Source: a virus
Lineage: Duplodnaviria > Caudoviricetes
Length of the DNA stretch: 64,000 nucleotides
IMG/VR virus record: IMGVR_UViG_3300035676_000001
Direction: 5' to 3' (one strand)
The notes under the pieces are model-generated. The model had not been told where the DNA came from and made no database searches. It worked only from the letters and a program-made list of their open reading frames with translations. Position numbers and translations under genes: made by a program. Shown here in pieces: positions 49,390 through 57,853 of this stretch; positions within the stretch are counted from its first letter, which is position 1, and each line of letters starts with the position of its first letter.

Positions 49390-49460
49390 ATGTGGAGGAT
49401 TTACCCAGCCTCAGAGTTTCCTCTTCATAGGCACGGAACCTCCGGCACTTCCTTCACACA
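49390..49460 (-). ncRNA. Candidate structured RNA with K-turn (unassigned)
   Basis: Own promoter TTGACA-17-TATACT (49466-49494), fold GGAGG/CCTCC enclosing GCC-TAT-GA-AGAG-GAAA-CTCT-GA-GGC. Confidence 0.6.
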
Positions 49461-49495
49461 AGAGAAGTATAGGACATAATGAGTATTATGTCAAG

Positions 49496-49568
49496 AGCCC
49501 CCGACAAGATTCGAACTTGCGACAAATGGTTTACAAAACCATTGCTCTACCAACTGAGCTACAAGGGC
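49496..49568 (-). tRNA. tRNA-Thr(UGU)
   Basis: ATGGT-TTTGTAA-ACCAT arm. Confidence 0.93.
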
Positions 49569-49570
49569 AA

Positions 49571-49642
49571 CTGGGGTGACTGGATTCGAACCAGTAACCT
49601 GCGAGTTAACAGCTCGACGCACTGCCGTTGTGCTACACCCCA
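49571..49642 (-). tRNA. tRNA-Asn(GUU)
   Basis: TGGGGTG/CACCCCA acceptor, CTGTTAA loop, G73. Confidence 0.92.
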
Positions 49643-49679
49643 TTGTTTATTCAGTTAAACTTGGAGAATAAATCTCCAA

Positions 49680-49753
<74 letters not shown>

Positions 49754-49757
49754 ATAA

Positions 49758-49823
49758 GTAGGTTCCTATCGCCGCCACTCCTGAACCTACCGAAGGGGAG
49801 TACCGCAGTTGATTTCTCAACTC
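49758..49823 (-). ncRNA. Candidate pseudoknotted RNA (unassigned)
   Basis: Own promoter TTGACG-17-TATAAT (49828-49856), GAAA hairpin plus H-type pseudoknot. Confidence 0.6.
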
Positions 49824-49858
49824 TGATATTATACCAGTCCTTGAGAAAGTCGTCAAGG

Positions 49859-49940
49859 TGGGCAGGGAGGGATTTGAACCCCCGTAGGCAGAGCCAGTGG
49901 ATTTACAGTCCACCTCCATTAACCACTCGGACACCTACCC
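49859..49940 (-). tRNA. tRNA-Tyr(GUA)
   Basis: GTGGA-CTGTAAA-TCCAC arm, long variable arm. Promoter TTGACG-17-TACAAT upstream. Confidence 0.93.
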
Positions 49941-49999
49941 GACTTCTTTATTGTATCATTCTTTAGGGTAGTCGTCAACTAAAGAGATGCAGATTAAAC

Positions 50000-50683
50000 T
50001 TAACCATTGGAAACTATAGAAATTCCATCTAATGATTGTTCAGTTTTAAAAAGTTCAATAATATTACTATCGATAACATTTGGATCTACATACCAATCTT
50101 CAAAAGCGTGACCACAATTAAGAACATTTTTAGCAATTGATTCATATCCATAATCTCTAAAAATTTTTCTAGATTCCTCTACACATTCTGAAGAGGATCT
50201 ATAAGCATCAGTCTCATATGTAATCACAGAAAATCTGTAAGTATCTAATGGAAGATTTTTAAGGCAAGCAAGTGTTTGTTCTGCAGGATCAATGTCAAGT
50301 TGAAGATAATCAATCTGAGTTGAGAAATTATTTTCCTCAAAAATTTTACTATAATCTGCAGTAATTGCATTTGCACATATGCAATTATTTTTTCTAACTG
50401 AATTATAATGATTTACTTTCTCTGATTCAATTTCGAAAGAAACACCTTTCCAATCATATTCTGACTCTAAAAGATAGGTGTTATTAATCACAATTGGATC
50501 GTCTCCTCCAATTTCAATATAAGTTCCATTCTTCTTCCCATTCAGCATACTCAAAACAAACATATCCTGAAATGCTTGTGAGTAATTATTTTTAATGAGA
50601 TTTATATTTTTAAATTTATATTTTAAACTATTTGCATTTTCGGCAAAATATCTATGGCAATCATAGTCGGAAAAACTAGACAT
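50000..50683 (-). CDS. FkbM-like methyltransferase
   Basis: QAFQD...GTYIEIGG...NNTYLLE...IDYLQLDIDP. Confidence 0.65.
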   Translation of the reverse strand: MSSFSDYDCHRYFAENANSLKYKFKNINLIKNNYSQAFQDMFVLSMLNGKKNGTYIEIGGDDPIVINNTYLLESEYDWKGVSFEIESEKVNHYNSVRKNNCICANAITADYSKIFEENNFSTQIDYLQLDIDPAEQTLACLKNLPLDTYRFSVITYETDAYRSSSECVEESRKIFRDYGYESIAKNVLNCGHAFEDWYVDPNVIDSNIIELFKTEQSLDGISIVSNG

Positions 50684-50753
50684 AATACTAAAAATAATTT
50701 TTAATAATAAAAAAGGGAGTATCGTAGCACTCCCCCTTATTTATTCTATTTTA

Positions 50754-51386
50754 TCAAACCTCTACCGTGATCAGTTTGGAAGCATACTCATGTGCATAAG
50801 ATGTACGGGCACCATGATGCCCCCAACCAATCCAACTATACGCATAGTCCATATAACGATTGATAGATTTACCAGGAGTCTTCATACGCTCCTCAATCTC
50901 CTTCCACTGGACTTCATTCGTAAGATAACGAAGTTGCGTGTGAAGTGATGATGGCGAACCACCAAACTTCTTAGCAAAATCACCCAATCCATAATAACGG
51001 TTGGCAGATGTCCATTGAATCAGTCCGTAACCACGTCCGCAGTTACCCCAACTGGTTCTACTACCACCTTCGCAAATATTAGGAACGAATGTTGATTCTT
51101 GTCTAATATTGCCCATAATGGTAGCAAGGGCGTTTCTGTCTTTAATTCCAATGTCCTGAAAATAATTCAGGGCTACATTTTCATTTTCATTACACCCTTT
51201 ACAAATTAGCCTTTTCTCTTTTGGCTTTTCGGGAGCAACCTCTTTGGTCGCTGTCGGCGTTTCAAACTCCTTAATAACAGAAAACGGCGCTGGGGGAGTC
51301 GTCAAAGGAGGAAATATCGGCAGTGTTGCCATATTGGTTGTAACCGATGCCAGGAGAGGCAGGGCTACAGTAAAGAAGTTTTGCAT
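50754..51386 (-). CDS. Lysozyme-like cell wall hydrolase (tail-tip lysozyme type)
   Basis: ATIMGNIRQES...GYGLIQWT motif, hydrophobic N-terminus. Confidence 0.8.
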   Translation of the reverse strand: MQNFFTVALPLLASVTTNMATLPIFPPLTTPPAPFSVIKEFETPTATKEVAPEKPKEKRLICKGCNENENVALNYFQDIGIKDRNALATIMGNIRQESTFVPNICEGGSRTSWGNCGRGYGLIQWTSANRYYGLGDFAKKFGGSPSSLHTQLRYLTNEVQWKEIEERMKTPGKSINRYMDYAYSWIGWGHHGARTSYAHEYASKLITVEV

Positions 51387-51396
51387 TTAATCGATT

Positions 51397-51505
51397 GAAC
51401 TCTACATCCGTATAGAGAAAGCGCACTTCCCTCTTCTCAGAGGGCAATCTCCACGGCTCTAAAATCACATCAAAATCTCATGATGTAATCCCTGTTATGG
51501 GATTT
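51397..51505 (-). ncRNA. Structured 5' leader of hydrolase gene
   Basis: Two hairpins plus three-way junction between TTGACA-17-TATTAT and the ATG. Confidence 0.5.
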
Positions 51506-51533
51506 TTCATAATAAGTTAATATTTAGTATTTG

Positions 51534-51737
51534 TCAAGCGCCCTCAGACACTTCTTCAACTGTCTCTTCAGGTTCGGGAAGCACCACACCTATTTGCTGC
51601 AGATACTCAATAGCACCCTGAACTTTAAGAAAAAGTTCTCTTTTAGATGTTAATTGTCCGTTCAAACCATCAAGTTCTTGAGCAAGAGTTTGACGCTGTT
51701 GAATAAGATTTGCAAGATGTTGTTGTTGTTCGGTCAT
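51534..51737 (-). CDS. Small coiled-coil protein
   Basis: Track ORF, heptad pattern. Confidence 0.65.
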   Translation of the reverse strand: MTEQQQHLANLIQQRQTLAQELDGLNGQLTSKRELFLKVQGAIEYLQQIGVVLPEPEETVEEVSEGA

Positions 51738-51807
51738 TTCTATTATTAAAATATAATCTATTATACCATATATTTTACTAAATACTTACACACCATATTT
51801 TAGAACG

Positions 51808-52269
51808 ATGAAAAGATTAGCACTTATCTTTTCGTTATTCCTTACCACTCCTGCTTTTGCTGGCGAAATCACATCAAAAATCACTGACTCAATTCAATTA
51901 GGCGTTCAGGGTGCAGCGGTACAAACCGAAAGAGTTGGTGCCTCGTATGCGGTCTCAGGCACCAATATCAATGTAACAACTCTTGGAGGAGTTGGCGGCG
52001 CAGGTTCTTATGATATCAACACAAACGGACAAGCATTTAGTTTCTCTGAAACATCAATTACTGCAGATGTTGATGTTACCTCTCAGTCGGCAGCTTCTGG
52101 AACAATTGCTTCTCCCAACCTTTATGGCAACTCTACTACTCAGTTAGGTGGCTCTGCAGGTTCTCTTTCTGGTTCTCTAAGTGGAACTGGAGTTCCTAGC
52201 GTCACTGCTGGTGGTCCTGGAAGCACAGGAACAGCACAAAGAACCGTTGAGTTAAGCGTATTCAAGTGA
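51808..52269 (+). CDS. Secreted hypothetical protein
   Basis: Signal peptide ending PAFA. CTAAATA late promoter at ~51778. Confidence 0.75.
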   Translation: MKRLALIFSLFLTTPAFAGEITSKITDSIQLGVQGAAVQTERVGASYAVSGTNINVTTLGGVGGAGSYDINTNGQAFSFSETSITADVDVTSQSAASGTIASPNLYGNSTTQLGGSAGSLSGSLSGTGVPSVTAGGPGSTGTAQRTVELSVFK

Positions 52270-52628
52270 GACACATAACTCTCGGACTGCTTGCAGTTCT
52301 GGGAGTTATAAGTCCTTCATACGCTGGACCAGTAACTCCCAACTTCACCAGTGGGACCATTACCTCAGAGACTAAAACACGCACTGAAGTTATTGAAACT
52401 ATCAGGCAAGTAGAGTATTCTACTGGAACATCTTACACAGTCACTGGCACCAACATCAATATACCAGGAACTCCTGCTCCTGGTATGAATTACACCATTC
52501 AAACTCAAGGTGCTCCATTCCAATTTAGTGAGACTTATTTGACTCCTGGAGTGGCAAAAGAAACATGGATAGACAGAAAAACCACCGAAGATTCTGTAAC
52601 AAATACTATATCGGTCTTTACACAATAA
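52266..52628 (+). CDS. Secreted hypothetical protein
   Basis: Signal peptide ending PSYA, VTPNFTSG start. Confidence 0.7.
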   Translation: MRHITLGLLAVLGVISPSYAGPVTPNFTSGTITSETKTRTEVIETIRQVEYSTGTSYTVTGTNINIPGTPAPGMNYTIQTQGAPFQFSETYLTPGVAKETWIDRKTTEDSVTNTISVFTQ

Positions 52629-53179
52629 TCGCATTAGCAACTCCAGCATTCGCAGAGTCTCCTTCTAATACGAATATTGCAGGACCCTCAGCATCTGCAA
52701 CTGGTAATGTAACTAACCAGGCAGTTCAGGTGCTTCAGGGTCCTTTTGCTTTGAATACTTATGGTGGTGGAGTCTCCTGCCAAGGTCCAACACTTAACTT
52801 TCAAACCTTTGGATATAATAACACCAATATGAATAATGATCCAGCAACTTATCAAACTGGATCAGTAAATGTTGGTGTTTCTGCAGGATTTTCAATTCCT
52901 CTTGATGGGTCTCTACAAGAACTTTGTAAAGCAAGAGCTCGCACAGAAATTACCAGACAGCAAGCAGAAGCAGATAAAGCAAGACTTGACTTTGAACTAG
53001 TGAGACTTTTGAAGTGTGGTGAAGCAAAGAAATCTGGAATTGACTTTCATCCTCTTTCACCTTACGCAAAAGTATGTGCTGATATCATCGTGCAACCACC
53101 CAAAATTGTTACAATTGACCCAGTAGGTTCAATAAATACTAAGTTACCGCAACAATCAAATGTCAAAGTCACCAAATAA
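52565..53179 (+). CDS. Secreted hypothetical protein
   Basis: PAFA signal cleavage site, several Cys. Start uncertain. Confidence 0.7.
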   Translation: MDRQKNHRRFCNKYYIGLYTIIALATPAFAESPSNTNIAGPSASATGNVTNQAVQVLQGPFALNTYGGGVSCQGPTLNFQTFGYNNTNMNNDPATYQTGSVNVGVSAGFSIPLDGSLQELCKARARTEITRQQAEADKARLDFELVRLLKCGEAKKSGIDFHPLSPYAKVCADIIVQPPKIVTIDPVGSINTKLPQQSNVKVTK

Positions 53180-53273
53180 GGGTAAGAAAGGTTCTGCTGG
53201 AGGAAAGCAATCCAAACAGAATCAGGGTAACGCAACCGCCAAAAAGGCTAAAAACGGCGGCAAGAAAAAATAA
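53160..53273 (+). CDS. Small Lys/Gly-rich basic protein
   Basis: Hand translation MSKSPNKGKKGSAGGKQSKQNQGNATAKKAKNGGKKK. Confidence 0.55.
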   Translation: MSKSPNKGKKGSAGGKQSKQNQGNATAKKAKNGGKKK

Positions 53274-53282
53274 TGAGGTTTT

Positions 53283-53483
53283 ATGCCTAGAGAATGGAAC
53301 ACTCCAAAGAGGGAGTGTTGGAATGCTCCAATCCATCAAATACTCAAGGCAATAGATAATCACACAAGACTCTGGATGGAGACTGGTGATTACTGGCACG
53401 AAGAACAAGCAAATATATTAAGAAAATATGTAAAAGATTTAAAAGTATGGATTCACAAGCAGGAAGGATGTTGGGATGAATGA
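53283..53483 (+). CDS. Conserved cyanophage hypothetical protein
   Basis: Track ORF with GAGG RBS. Confidence 0.7.
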   Translation: MPREWNTPKRECWNAPIHQILKAIDNHTRLWMETGDYWHEEQANILRKYVKDLKVWIHKQEGCWDE

Positions 53484-53581
53484 GTTTCCTTGGGGTGTTT
53501 TTATAATTCTTTCTTCTGGATTAGTTTTTACTGCCTATGTGATTTACTACATATTAAGACTAGCCTATTTGGAGATGAACG

Positions 53582-53794
53582 ATGAAACAAGTAGCACTGA
53601 TTCTATCAACAACAAGTCTTCTCATTAGTGGTGCTCTTTGTGTGGGTGCTTATATGACCTACAAGAAAGCAGAAGCAATTCTCAACAATCCAGAACAATT
53701 TGTTGGTGCTGTTGTAGAGAAGCAAGTAAATAAAGCATTTGAGAGATTACCTATCCCCAAACTAAATACTGGGAAGTTTCAATTACCTTTCTGA
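53582..53794 (+). CDS. Membrane-anchored hypothetical protein
   Basis: N-terminal TM segment. Confidence 0.6.
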   Translation: MKQVALILSTTSLLISGALCVGAYMTYKKAEAILNNPEQFVGAVVEKQVNKAFERLPIPKLNTGKFQLPF

Positions 53795-54207
53795 TGGACA
53801 ATAAAGACCCCTATATCTACAGAATTCGTGAGATTCATAAGGTTGTAGATGGTGACACTATTGACGCTGATATTGATTTGGGGTTTGATATTTCTCTTAC
53901 TAAAAGGATTCGTCTTGCTGGTGTTGATACTCCTGAGTCACGCACAGCAGATACAAACGAAAAGAAATACGGACTTGAATCAAAAGAATGGTTGAAGCAT
54001 CGTTGCGAGAACGCTAAAAACATTCTGATCAAGACCGAACTTCCAGATTCTACAGAGAAGTATGGTCGCATCATCGGTCATCTGTTTATTAATGGTGAAG
54101 AGACTTCACTGAATAATCAGATGATTATTGAAGGTTATGCTTGGGAATATGATGGTGGAACAAAGAAAAAGAATTTCGCAGAACTAGACGCGAAGCGTAA
54201 GAAGTAA
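53794..54207 (+). CDS. Thermonuclease (SNase-like) protein
   Basis: VVDGDTID...IRLAGVDTPE...EKYGRIIG. Confidence 0.85.
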   Translation: MDNKDPYIYRIREIHKVVDGDTIDADIDLGFDISLTKRIRLAGVDTPESRTADTNEKKYGLESKEWLKHRCENAKNILIKTELPDSTEKYGRIIGHLFINGEETSLNNQMIIEGYAWEYDGGTKKKNFAELDAKRKK

Positions 54208-54966
54208 TCACTTTGAGTGAAATCTTTTGTATTGTTCTTTCTTTTCCTTCTTCTGTTCTTTCTTGAGTAACTTATTGACTTTCTTAAGAGACTGATTCTT
54301 TTCAAATGCAAAGAATATCTGCGTCTCATAAGGTGTTAAATCTTTATTCAGAAGTTTCTTACCGCGAACAAATAATTGATTTGCTATTGGTTTAAAGAAC
54401 TTGAGAAGAAACTCTACAGCAGATTTTCCCAGAATCGCAGCAGCAGTTGCAGCAACAGCAGTTGTTCCTGCTAATGCAACTTCTTTATTTGTTGGTACAG
54501 GAACCGCACCCAATATAGGAACTTGAATTTCAGGTGCTCCCATTTGAGTATTTGTAGTGGGTTGATCGGATAAATTCCGATTATCCTGAGTATTTTGAGC
54601 AGGAACTTGGACTTGAGGTAGTACCGGAGTTGTATCAGGAAGTCCTCTAGACTTTTCTTCCTTCTCCTCTTCTTTCTTTGGTTGTCCTGCTTTCACGGCA
54701 GCATTAAACTCTTCCTGTGTTGGAACATCAATCACAGGATAATTTAATGTGGGGTCTGGTACATTAAAAATAGGAAGCGACAGACCCCTTATAACAGGAA
54801 GTTCAGGTTTAGACCGTTGTATTTGCTCTACTATAGTCTGGGGAATCTCCTGGATCGCAGTTTGGGCAACCTGCGGTTGCTTCTGCAGCGATACCTGGCT
54901 CGACTGGAGCTGGGGTATCGACGACGAGTTCAGGTTCTGGAGTTCTTTCAGTTGGTTTATTGGCAT
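54208..54966 (-). CDS. Pro/Gln-rich membrane-anchored hypothetical protein
   Basis: Track ORF, late hydrophobic segment. Confidence 0.65.
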   Translation of the reverse strand: MPINQLKELQNLNSSSIPQLQSSQVSLQKQPQVAQTAIQEIPQTIVEQIQRSKPELPVIRGLSLPIFNVPDPTLNYPVIDVPTQEEFNAAVKAGQPKKEEEKEEKSRGLPDTTPVLPQVQVPAQNTQDNRNLSDQPTTNTQMGAPEIQVPILGAVPVPTNKEVALAGTTAVAATAAAILGKSAVEFLLKFFKPIANQLFVRGKKLLNKDLTPYETQIFFAFEKNQSLKKVNKLLKKEQKKEKKEQYKRFHSK

Positions 54967-55162
54967 CTTCTTTATCGTCCCCCTTCTTTAGGGTATCAAC
55001 TCCAAAGGTTGCTGCTGCAGCAGTGAATACTGTAGCAATAAAGGTGGGGTCCATCTTAGCAAGAAGACCAGCATAACTAGCGGTAAGTAATGCAGCACTC
55101 CAACTCAAAACAGAAATTCTAATGATTGTGCTCATACATTTTTCTCTTTTATTATCGCTCAT
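54809..55162 (-). CDS. Two-TM membrane protein (holin-like, tentative)
   Basis: Two hydrophobic segments then charged tail. Late promoter CTAAATA upstream. Confidence 0.55.
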   Translation of the reverse strand: MSDNKREKCMSTIIRISVLSWSAALLTASYAGLLAKMDPTFIATVFTAAAATFGVDTLKKGDDKEDANKPTERTPEPELVVDTPAPVEPGIAAEATAGCPNCDPGDSPDYSRANTTV

Positions 55163-55197
55163 TGGTCGTGAGTGAAGTTTCCCCAGTATTTAGGTTT

Positions 55198-57066
55198 TTA
55201 GAACCTAAACTTGACCTTACCAGCAATAGAATTGTTAGTAACTCCATTGTTTACACCGTGAGAACCTTCAACAAATAACACTTCTTTATAATCCACAGCA
55301 GCAGTCACACCATAAGAACTATCAGTTCCATAAGCACCTTCTACCTTCACACCAAAGAGGTTATTTTTCTTACCACCAAAACGAGTTTCTAGTTTGAGTC
55401 CTACCTCACCAACATGTGTTGTTTGATTAAACTCATCGACACTTCTAGCAGATTCTGAAGAACCAGTTTCAGTGTATGCGTTTCTCTTTACATTCTGAAC
55501 AGTATAACCAACAAATGGTTTTACTGATTTATTGAGATGCCAATATAAACGATTAGAAACCCACCACTCAGTTCCAGTTGTTTCACCAGCATTATTAAAG
55601 ACACCTTCTACATTTCTGTTATACTTGTAATTACTATTCGCAATCGCGGCATTAGTATTCAGAGTAAGTGTATTACCTCTCAATTCACTGAATACACCGA
55701 AGTGGTCTTTATTCTGTTGTGTGCTTGAGTCAACACCATTAAGGTTTATGTTAACTCTATTATACTGGAAACCAACAGTCCAACCTTTGGTTGCATCAAA
55801 CTCAAATCCACCACCGAAGATCTTAGAGTCAGCAGTGTATCCATCAGCATTGTATGACTGAACGAATCTGTTGTTCTCAAATACTCTCAATCTTTGCTTA
55901 CCTGCAGTTGGTTCGTGATTCAGAAGTCTATTGATACCAGTATTAATTCCATCAAGAACTTCTAACTGGTCAATGCGTCCAAAGTAATCTCTGTAAGTGT
56001 TAGCAACTTCAACAGTGGCCGCACCAAATGTAACTTGAGTAGCAGCACCGTTGGTGAATACTCTTGTGTACACAGGAGTAGTTGTAGTTGTGGTAGTTGT
56101 ATGTGCATGGATTTTCTGTCTTCCACCACTTTCAGATGCAGTGTGATTTACTGCAGAAACAGGAACAACACTAAAAGTTCTGGTTCTTACCCAATCAGAT
56201 ACAGTTGCTTGAGTTATAACAGAAGTTCCAGCATTATCATCAGTTGTTACTGTAGTTACAACTGGAGTTCCATTTGTTGTGGTAGTAGAATTATCAGACC
56301 AAGTTGTAACTGTTACTGGAGTTGTTGTAGTAGTAACTGTGGTTGTTGGAATCGTAATAACTTCTGTATCGGTATAATGAGTTTCAGTTTGATTTCCATT
56401 CGCATCAGTTCCCATCACATGTCTGTGAGGATTATTTGTTACAGTTCTGGTTCCAGCAGTTGTGCTAGTCGTAACAATATTAGAACCAGCAGCAGTTGAT
56501 ACTACTGTTGGTGCTGGTGGAGGTGTTCCACCAGTTTCGTAAATATCAAGAATACCATTCAGGTTAGCGTCACCAGAAAGAAGACCAGCAGAAAGACTTA
56601 CTGTACCTGTACGAATAACTTGCGATGATGGATCCCAGTCCATCGTTGGTTGTGCGATTGGGTTATAAGTAAACTGATAATCTCCCGCAGCAAGTCCCGT
56701 GAATGTAACACCCTGCCAAGTGTAACTATCCATTCCATATAATCTGGTAGGATCCCCATAAGGAATAAGATTAGTTCCATCAGACTGGAAATAGTTTGTA
56801 CCAGAAATTAGTCCGTCTGGCGTTGTATTTTGAAGAAGTGTCCAGTTGACGGTTGTTGGTGTAAATGTGGTTCCATTGACTCCCTCTAAAGTCATAGAAC
56901 CTTCTGTAAAGGTAGTTCCAGCGTGCCAAGAACCATACCAAAATGTAACTGTTCCACCGCTAGCACCAACATATCCTATAGAGTTGGTGTGAGATAATGC
57001 TGCTGTTGGCACTCCAAAAAGAAGCGCAGACGCTGCAGCCAGCGCCTTTTGCGTGTTAGTAGACAT
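55198..57066 (-). CDS. Autotransporter-like outer membrane protein with Thr-rich stalk
   Basis: Signal peptide, Thr-rich region, amphipathic beta-strand C-terminus ending KVKFRF. ATG 57066 preferred. Confidence 0.7.
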   Translation of the reverse strand: MSTNTQKALAAASALLFGVPTAALSHTNSIGYVGASGGTVTFWYGSWHAGTTFTEGSMTLEGVNGTTFTPTTVNWTLLQNTTPDGLISGTNYFQSDGTNLIPYGDPTRLYGMDSYTWQGVTFTGLAAGDYQFTYNPIAQPTMDWDPSSQVIRTGTVSLSAGLLSGDANLNGILDIYETGGTPPPAPTVVSTAAGSNIVTTSTTAGTRTVTNNPHRHVMGTDANGNQTETHYTDTEVITIPTTTVTTTTTPVTVTTWSDNSTTTTNGTPVVTTVTTDDNAGTSVITQATVSDWVRTRTFSVVPVSAVNHTASESGGRQKIHAHTTTTTTTTPVYTRVFTNGAATQVTFGAATVEVANTYRDYFGRIDQLEVLDGINTGINRLLNHEPTAGKQRLRVFENNRFVQSYNADGYTADSKIFGGGFEFDATKGWTVGFQYNRVNINLNGVDSSTQQNKDHFGVFSELRGNTLTLNTNAAIANSNYKYNRNVEGVFNNAGETTGTEWWVSNRLYWHLNKSVKPFVGYTVQNVKRNAYTETGSSESARSVDEFNQTTHVGEVGLKLETRFGGKKNNLFGVKVEGAYGTDSSYGVTAAVDYKEVLFVEGSHGVNNGVTNNSIAGKVKFRF

Positions 57067-57166
57067 AAAAATAGGTGAGTTGGTGTGGTAGAAATTCCTA
57101 AGAACTACCAAACACAACTCACCTTGGTGTGGGTTCGAGTTGCAGTTTCAACTCACTGGGTGAAAC
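57067..57166 (-). ncRNA. Structured late 5' leader
   Basis: AGGTGAGTTG/CAACTCACCT + TGGTAG/CTACCA hairpin ending 6 nt before the ATG. Confidence 0.5.
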
Positions 57167-57173
57167 TATTTAT

Positions 57174-57839
57174 CTATCCTTTCTTCCAAGCTTCACCTTC
57201 TGCCTTTCTTCTACGAGCAAGTCCTGCTTCTACATTTGAACCAGGATTACGGTAGAGGTATAAAGCATCAGGAACTAAATCCCATTCTTTATTCTTCAAC
57301 CGTTTAGTAATAGTATTAAAGTTATCGCCACCGTAAAAACCGGCACCAAGATTATAAGCAAAGCTGAGCAGAGCGCCTCTTTGTCCATCTGACATTTCAC
57401 CCCAATGTGGAATTTTGCGTAATGAAGGAAGAAACTGATTCTTACACTGACTAATCAGTAGTTCATCTGCTTCTGCCTGAGTAATGGTATCGCCCATATG
57501 AAATGGAGAACCATCCTTCTTACGAGTGGAACCCCAACCGATTGTGATTGGGAGACCTCCTGTAAGTGGGTCAGGATATGCTTTGAGATGACATCCTTCA
57601 AACTCTTTAATAAGTTTGATGCCCATCATCGGCATATCATCACCACTAACTGCAGGAGCTGCAGCAGCAGAAACTGGTGCAGCACTAGTCTTTTTTCCGC
57701 GATAAATCTCCGCCCACTCTACATTATCTTCTAGGAACTTAACTGGAAGATTATCTTCTAACCACTGAACTCCCTTAATATGATTGGGGTTCTTTTCATC
57801 ATAGAACTTGAAAAAGTTGTGTAAATCTACTTTTGCCAT
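57174..57839 (-). CDS. Phage lysozyme (GH24) endolysin
   Basis: LIKEFEGCHLKAYPD...TIGWGST triad, GLARRRKAE end. Confidence 0.9.
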   Translation of the reverse strand: MAKVDLHNFFKFYDEKNPNHIKGVQWLEDNLPVKFLEDNVEWAEIYRGKKTSAAPVSAAAAPAVSGDDMPMMGIKLIKEFEGCHLKAYPDPLTGGLPITIGWGSTRKKDGSPFHMGDTITQAEADELLISQCKNQFLPSLRKIPHWGEMSDGQRGALLSFAYNLGAGFYGGDNFNTITKRLKNKEWDLVPDALYLYRNPGSNVEAGLARRRKAEGEAWKKG

Positions 57840-57853
57840 TGTACTATCTCCTA

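Noticed and set aside
49390-49460. Hammerhead ribozyme or SRP RNA identity for the K-turn RNA
   Set aside because: CUAUGA...GAG does not match CUGANGA...GAAA, and GAAGGAAG lacks the upstream CAGG strand of SRP domain IV.
49758-49823. HDV-like (theta) ribozyme identity for the pseudoknot RNA
   Set aside because: No P3/L3 between P2 and P1 strands, and it follows a promoter instead of abutting a tRNA 3' end.
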